DNA of 64,000 nucleotides, from NCBI GenBank assembly GCA_017540905.1, contig JAFYAC010000097.1, positions 8,383-72,382 on the forward strand. The letters run 5' to 3'. How positions within the stretch are numbered: position 1 is the stretch's first letter; each line of letters opens with the position of its first letter. Under the pieces are notes generated by a model. It made no database searches, had not been told where the DNA came from, and saw only the letters and a list, made by a program, of their open reading frames with translations. A program made the position numbers and the translations under genes. Positions 61,064 to 64,000 of the stretch are shown here, in pieces. This DNA comes from Kiritimatiellia bacterium (GTDB lineage: Bacteria; Verrucomicrobiota; Kiritimatiellia; CAIQIC01; Lenti-01).

Positions 61064-62613
61064 TGGAGGAGGGCGTCGAGTTTGGGGTCGTGGGGGACGC
61101 CGGCGTCGAGGGCCTTGTTGTAGGCGTCGCGCGCGGCGTCGAGGTCGCGCGGCTCGGTCATGGCGCAGACGAGGGCGTAGTTGTAGTAGTATTCGCCGCC
61201 GATGGAGGGGTCGAGTTCGATGGCGTGGCCGAGGGCGGCGCGGGCGCCGGGATAGAAGCCGTCGCCCAGCCAGGCGGCGCCGAGGTTGGCGTGGATGGTG
61301 GCGTCATCGGGATTCTCGAGGGTGAGTTCGTGGAGCAGGTCGGCGGCGGCGGCGTAGTGCTGGAGGCGGATGAGGATGATGCCTTCGAGGGTCGCCAGCT
61401 TGACGTCGCCGGGGTCTTCCGCGCGGGCCTGCTGGACGTTGGCCAGCGCGGTTTCGTCTTCGCCGTTGGCGATCAGGACGCGGATGAAGTCGGCCGGGTC
61501 CATTCCGCGGGGAACGGGCCGGACGGGGAATGTGGCGACGACGCGGGCCGGGGCGGGCTCGGGCACGGCGGCGGCGGCAGGGGCGGCCGCGGGCTCGTCC
61601 CCGGGCTCTTCGGGGGAGGCGGGTTCGTCCGCGGGGGCGGGTGCGGACGCCGCAAAATCCGCGGAGTCTGGCCAATCGAAGGCCGCGGGATCGAAGGGAG
61701 GGGGTTCGGCGGCCGGTTCGGCGGCGGGTTCGGCGGTCTGGGCGGAAGCGAGGGCGGTGGCTTGGGCGATGCGGTCTTCGGCGTCTTCGAGGTCCTGCTG
61801 GAGGTCGGCGATCTGGGACTGGAGGGACTGGTTTTCGGCGCGGGCTTCGTTGAGGGCGCGTTCGGCGTCGTTGAGGGCCCCGTCGAGGTCCGCCTTGGCG
61901 GCGAGCTGGGTCTTGAGGCGCTCGTTTTCGGCGCGGAGAAGCTGGAGTTCGTTCTGCTGGCGGCCCTGGATGTCGCGGAGGCGGGCCAGCTCGGAGCCGG
62001 CTTCGGCGGAGCGCTGGTTGAGGGAGCGGTTGGCGCGGTCGAGCTGGGCGCGCACGCGTTCGAGTTCGGCGCGGGCCTGTTGCTCGGCGTTGCGGGCGGC
62101 GTCGAGCTGGGCCTGGAGGGATTCGGCGCGGCGCTGGGCGGCCGGGTAGTCGGATTCGGGGAGCGCGGCGGGGGCGGGGGTGTAGGGGGAAGGGGCGTAG
62201 GGGGCGGGGGTGTAGGAGCCGGTGCCGTAGGGGTCGTCCTGGGGCTGGGCGCCGTAGTAGGCGGCGGGGGCGGTGGCGGCGGTCTGGGCGGTGTAGGCGG
62301 CGGCGCGCTCGCCGATGCGGCGGTTGATTTCGGCAATCTGGTTGTCGCAGTAGGAGGAGCGGTAGCGGACGATGCGGGCTTCCCAGGAGGGGTATTCGGC
62401 GGCCAGGCGGCCGTAGGCGCGGCGGGCGGCCTGGTAGCGGTCGAGGGCGTCTTCGAGGCGGCCGGCGTCGAGATCCTGGTCGCCCTGGACGAGCTGGACG
62501 TAGGCGTCGGTCTGCAGCTGCGCCGGGACGTCGGGGGCCTGCGCCGGGGCCGGGATGGCCAGCGCGGCAAGGAGGGCCAGGGTGGAGGAAAGGAAAAGGA
62601 TGCTTGGTTTCAT
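61060..62613 (-). CDS. Secreted coiled-coil plus TPR protein
   Basis: 517 aa with a signal peptide. It has a Pro/Tyr-rich linker, a long heptad-like Q/E/R/L region (AESLQAQLDAARNAEQQARAELERVRAQL...) and a C-terminal TPR-like domain. It overlaps the next gene by 4 nt. Confidence 0.75.
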   Translation of the reverse strand: MKPSILFLSSTLALLAALAIPAPAQAPDVPAQLQTDAYVQLVQGDQDLDAGRLEDALDRYQAARRAYGRLAAEYPSWEARIVRYRSSYCDNQIAEINRRIGERAAAYTAQTAATAPAAYYGAQPQDDPYGTGSYTPAPYAPSPYTPAPAALPESDYPAAQRRAESLQAQLDAARNAEQQARAELERVRAQLDRANRSLNQRSAEAGSELARLRDIQGRQQNELQLLRAENERLKTQLAAKADLDGALNDAERALNEARAENQSLQSQIADLQQDLEDAEDRIAQATALASAQTAEPAAEPAAEPPPFDPAAFDWPDSADFAASAPAPADEPASPEEPGDEPAAAPAAAAVPEPAPARVVATFPVRPVPRGMDPADFIRVLIANGEDETALANVQQARAEDPGDVKLATLEGIILIRLQHYAAAADLLHELTLENPDDATIHANLGAAWLGDGFYPGARAALGHAIELDPSIGGEYYYNYALVCAMTEPRDLDAARDAYNKALDAGVPHDPKLDALLQ

Positions 62614-62936
62614 AATCGGTGCATCCTGCCCCTTTCGGGGGGAAATGTCATGCCAATTTTTGTGGCACGCCGCGGGAATTTCAAAAGTCGCGGAACGTCA
62701 GGCGGCGCGGGCTGGCCGCTGCCGGCCACGAAGAAGCTGGCTTTCCGCCGCCCCCCGTACCCCGATTTCTCTCTTGCATCCCCCCTTGCCCGTTTTCCCC
62801 TTGCCCCCCACTGTTTGGCGGCCTTCATCCCGCCACGCTGGCCATCTCCGCCCCTGTTGCCCCCGTCATGATGCCCCCCTGCAAAACCAACTCGCGATAT
62901 CAAGGAAAATCCTTGCATTTCCCCCACCCTTTAGCC

Positions 62937-63929
62937 ATGATGCCCCCCATGAACCAAGAACCCATATTCCCCCCCGGATACCTCGAAGCCCTCGCCCGCG
63001 ACTGCTTCGACACCTCCTGTGCCGCCACCCACCACCCGGCGGCCCTCCTTGTGCAGGGCGTCGAATCCCTCGCCTTCTTCACCGGAGCCCTCGCCGTCCA
63101 CCTCGCCTGGTACGGCGGCAAGCGCCTCCTCGCCCGCCTGCGTCGCCACGTCTCCCCGCCCGAGTCCTTGCCGCCCGCCGCCCCCCAACAGCCCCTCTCC
63201 CTCCGCGGCCTGCCCACGCCCGAAGACATCGAAGAAGCCTGGGACCTCGATCCGCGCACCCTCTGCGGCCGCCTCCGCATCGGTTCCCGCCTGGCCGACC
63301 TTGAGCCCACCCTCGACTCCCGCTTCGTCTTCCGGAAAACCCGCAGCGGCTCGAAGCGCATCTGCGCCCGCCGCCCGGGGATGAAGGGCTGGATGCGGAA
63401 AAACGTCCCGTCCGTCAAATACCCCACCGCCATGCACTACAAGAAGCTGGCCACCCGCCTGCGCCAACTCATTGGCCTCGATGCGCGGATTCCCCTGGAG
63501 TGGCTCCTGCCCGACAACGAGGAGGACCTCTCCGCCCTTTCGCCCGCCGACCGCAAGGCGGCGTCCGCCGCGAAGGCGAAGCTCGCCCGCCTGCTGACGG
63601 ACAACCCGAAGCTCACGCACCTGGTGCGGGCGGTGGAATCCAAGCTCGGCATCATGCGGATGGTGACGATCCGGCGGATCCAGCCGCCGAAGCCGGGGCG
63701 CGGGAGGAGGCGGAAACCGAAGGAAAACGCAATGAATCCCTTGGTATCGCGACTCATTCGGGCGGGGGTGGCGGTGAGGGCGGACGAGGGGCGGACGAGG
63801 GCGTTCTGGGATGCGGTGCGGAAGGTGCTGGGCGAGCCGGAACCGGATGCGGAGACGCGCCGGCTGCAATCGGACATCCGCGCGTGGCTGAACGCGCCGC
63901 TGGAGGCGCGGCGGAACCGGGTCCGGTAG
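62937..63929 (+). CDS. Hypothetical protein, paralog of the 14765-15709 gene
   Basis: Shares the conserved central block described for the 14765-15709 gene. ATG candidates are 62937, 62940 and 62949. Confidence 0.6.
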   Translation: MMPPMNQEPIFPPGYLEALARDCFDTSCAATHHPAALLVQGVESLAFFTGALAVHLAWYGGKRLLARLRRHVSPPESLPPAAPQQPLSLRGLPTPEDIEEAWDLDPRTLCGRLRIGSRLADLEPTLDSRFVFRKTRSGSKRICARRPGMKGWMRKNVPSVKYPTAMHYKKLATRLRQLIGLDARIPLEWLLPDNEEDLSALSPADRKAASAAKAKLARLLTDNPKLTHLVRAVESKLGIMRMVTIRRIQPPKPGRGRRRKPKENAMNPLVSRLIRAGVAVRADEGRTRAFWDAVRKVLGEPEPDAETRRLQSDIRAWLNAPLEARRNRVR

Positions 63930-64000
63930 GCAGGGCCCGCCCCGGGTCAGTCGTCTTCCTCGACAAAGCGGAAGACGGTCTCGCCGGGTTTGGAGAGGCC

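Noticed and set aside
63947-64000. Minus-strand partial CDS ending ...GLSKPGETVFRFVEEDD-stop at the window edge
   Set aside because: Only 17 codons are visible. This is too short to assign or even to be sure it is coding.

Overview
This is a 64-kb slice of a high-GC bacterial chromosome. Hand-counted 60-nt lines in the flanks run near 70% GC. I cannot assign a taxon from the sequence alone.

Layout:
- 0.8-4 kb: housekeeping genes (RluA-type pseudouridine synthase, NfnAB-like oxidoreductase pair).
- 4.5-14.7 kb: an envelope-glycosylation cluster with two tandem about 900-aa paralogs, a third GT-C enzyme, a GT2 and a flippase.
- 14.8-28.4 kb: mixed genes, including an AEP-primase/SF2-helicase/endonuclease-tail fusion, a secreted metallophosphoesterase, an azoreductase-like flavoprotein, HPr, a KTSC protein, a long cyclophilin, an ADP-ribosylglycohydrolase, Era and tRNA-Arg(CCT).
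- 28.4-55.8 kb: an accessory stretch starting at the tRNA. It holds orphan genes including an 873-aa protein made of about 29 CDW repeats, a DUF4143-type ATPase, an orphan AbiEi, an IS5-family element with visible target duplication, a 12-kb low-GC island, and a repeat thicket containing gene remnants and a Fic gene.
- 55.8-64 kb: a metal ABC transporter, a three-gene coupled operon ending in an HMG-CoA-reductase-like gene, and a paralog of the 14.8-kb gene.

Headline candidate: the low-GC island (about 38.3-50.6 kb) is a four-gene minus-strand operon joined by ATGA overlaps. It encodes a 1316-aa protein with no recognisable domain, a 1981-aa DEAH helicase with a Cys-rich DUF1998-type tail (DruE-like), a NERD plus SF1 helicase, and a 112-aa protein. 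The first two genes resemble Druantia type III. The coupled NERD-helicase module does not belong to any described type that I know of.

Nearly every intergenic region carries members of a few dispersed repeat families (REP-like hairpin arrays, long palindromes, a TTTTCCRTAATCT motif).

Many long ORFs in the supplied track are antisense or out-of-frame shadows typical of high-GC DNA, and I did not call them.
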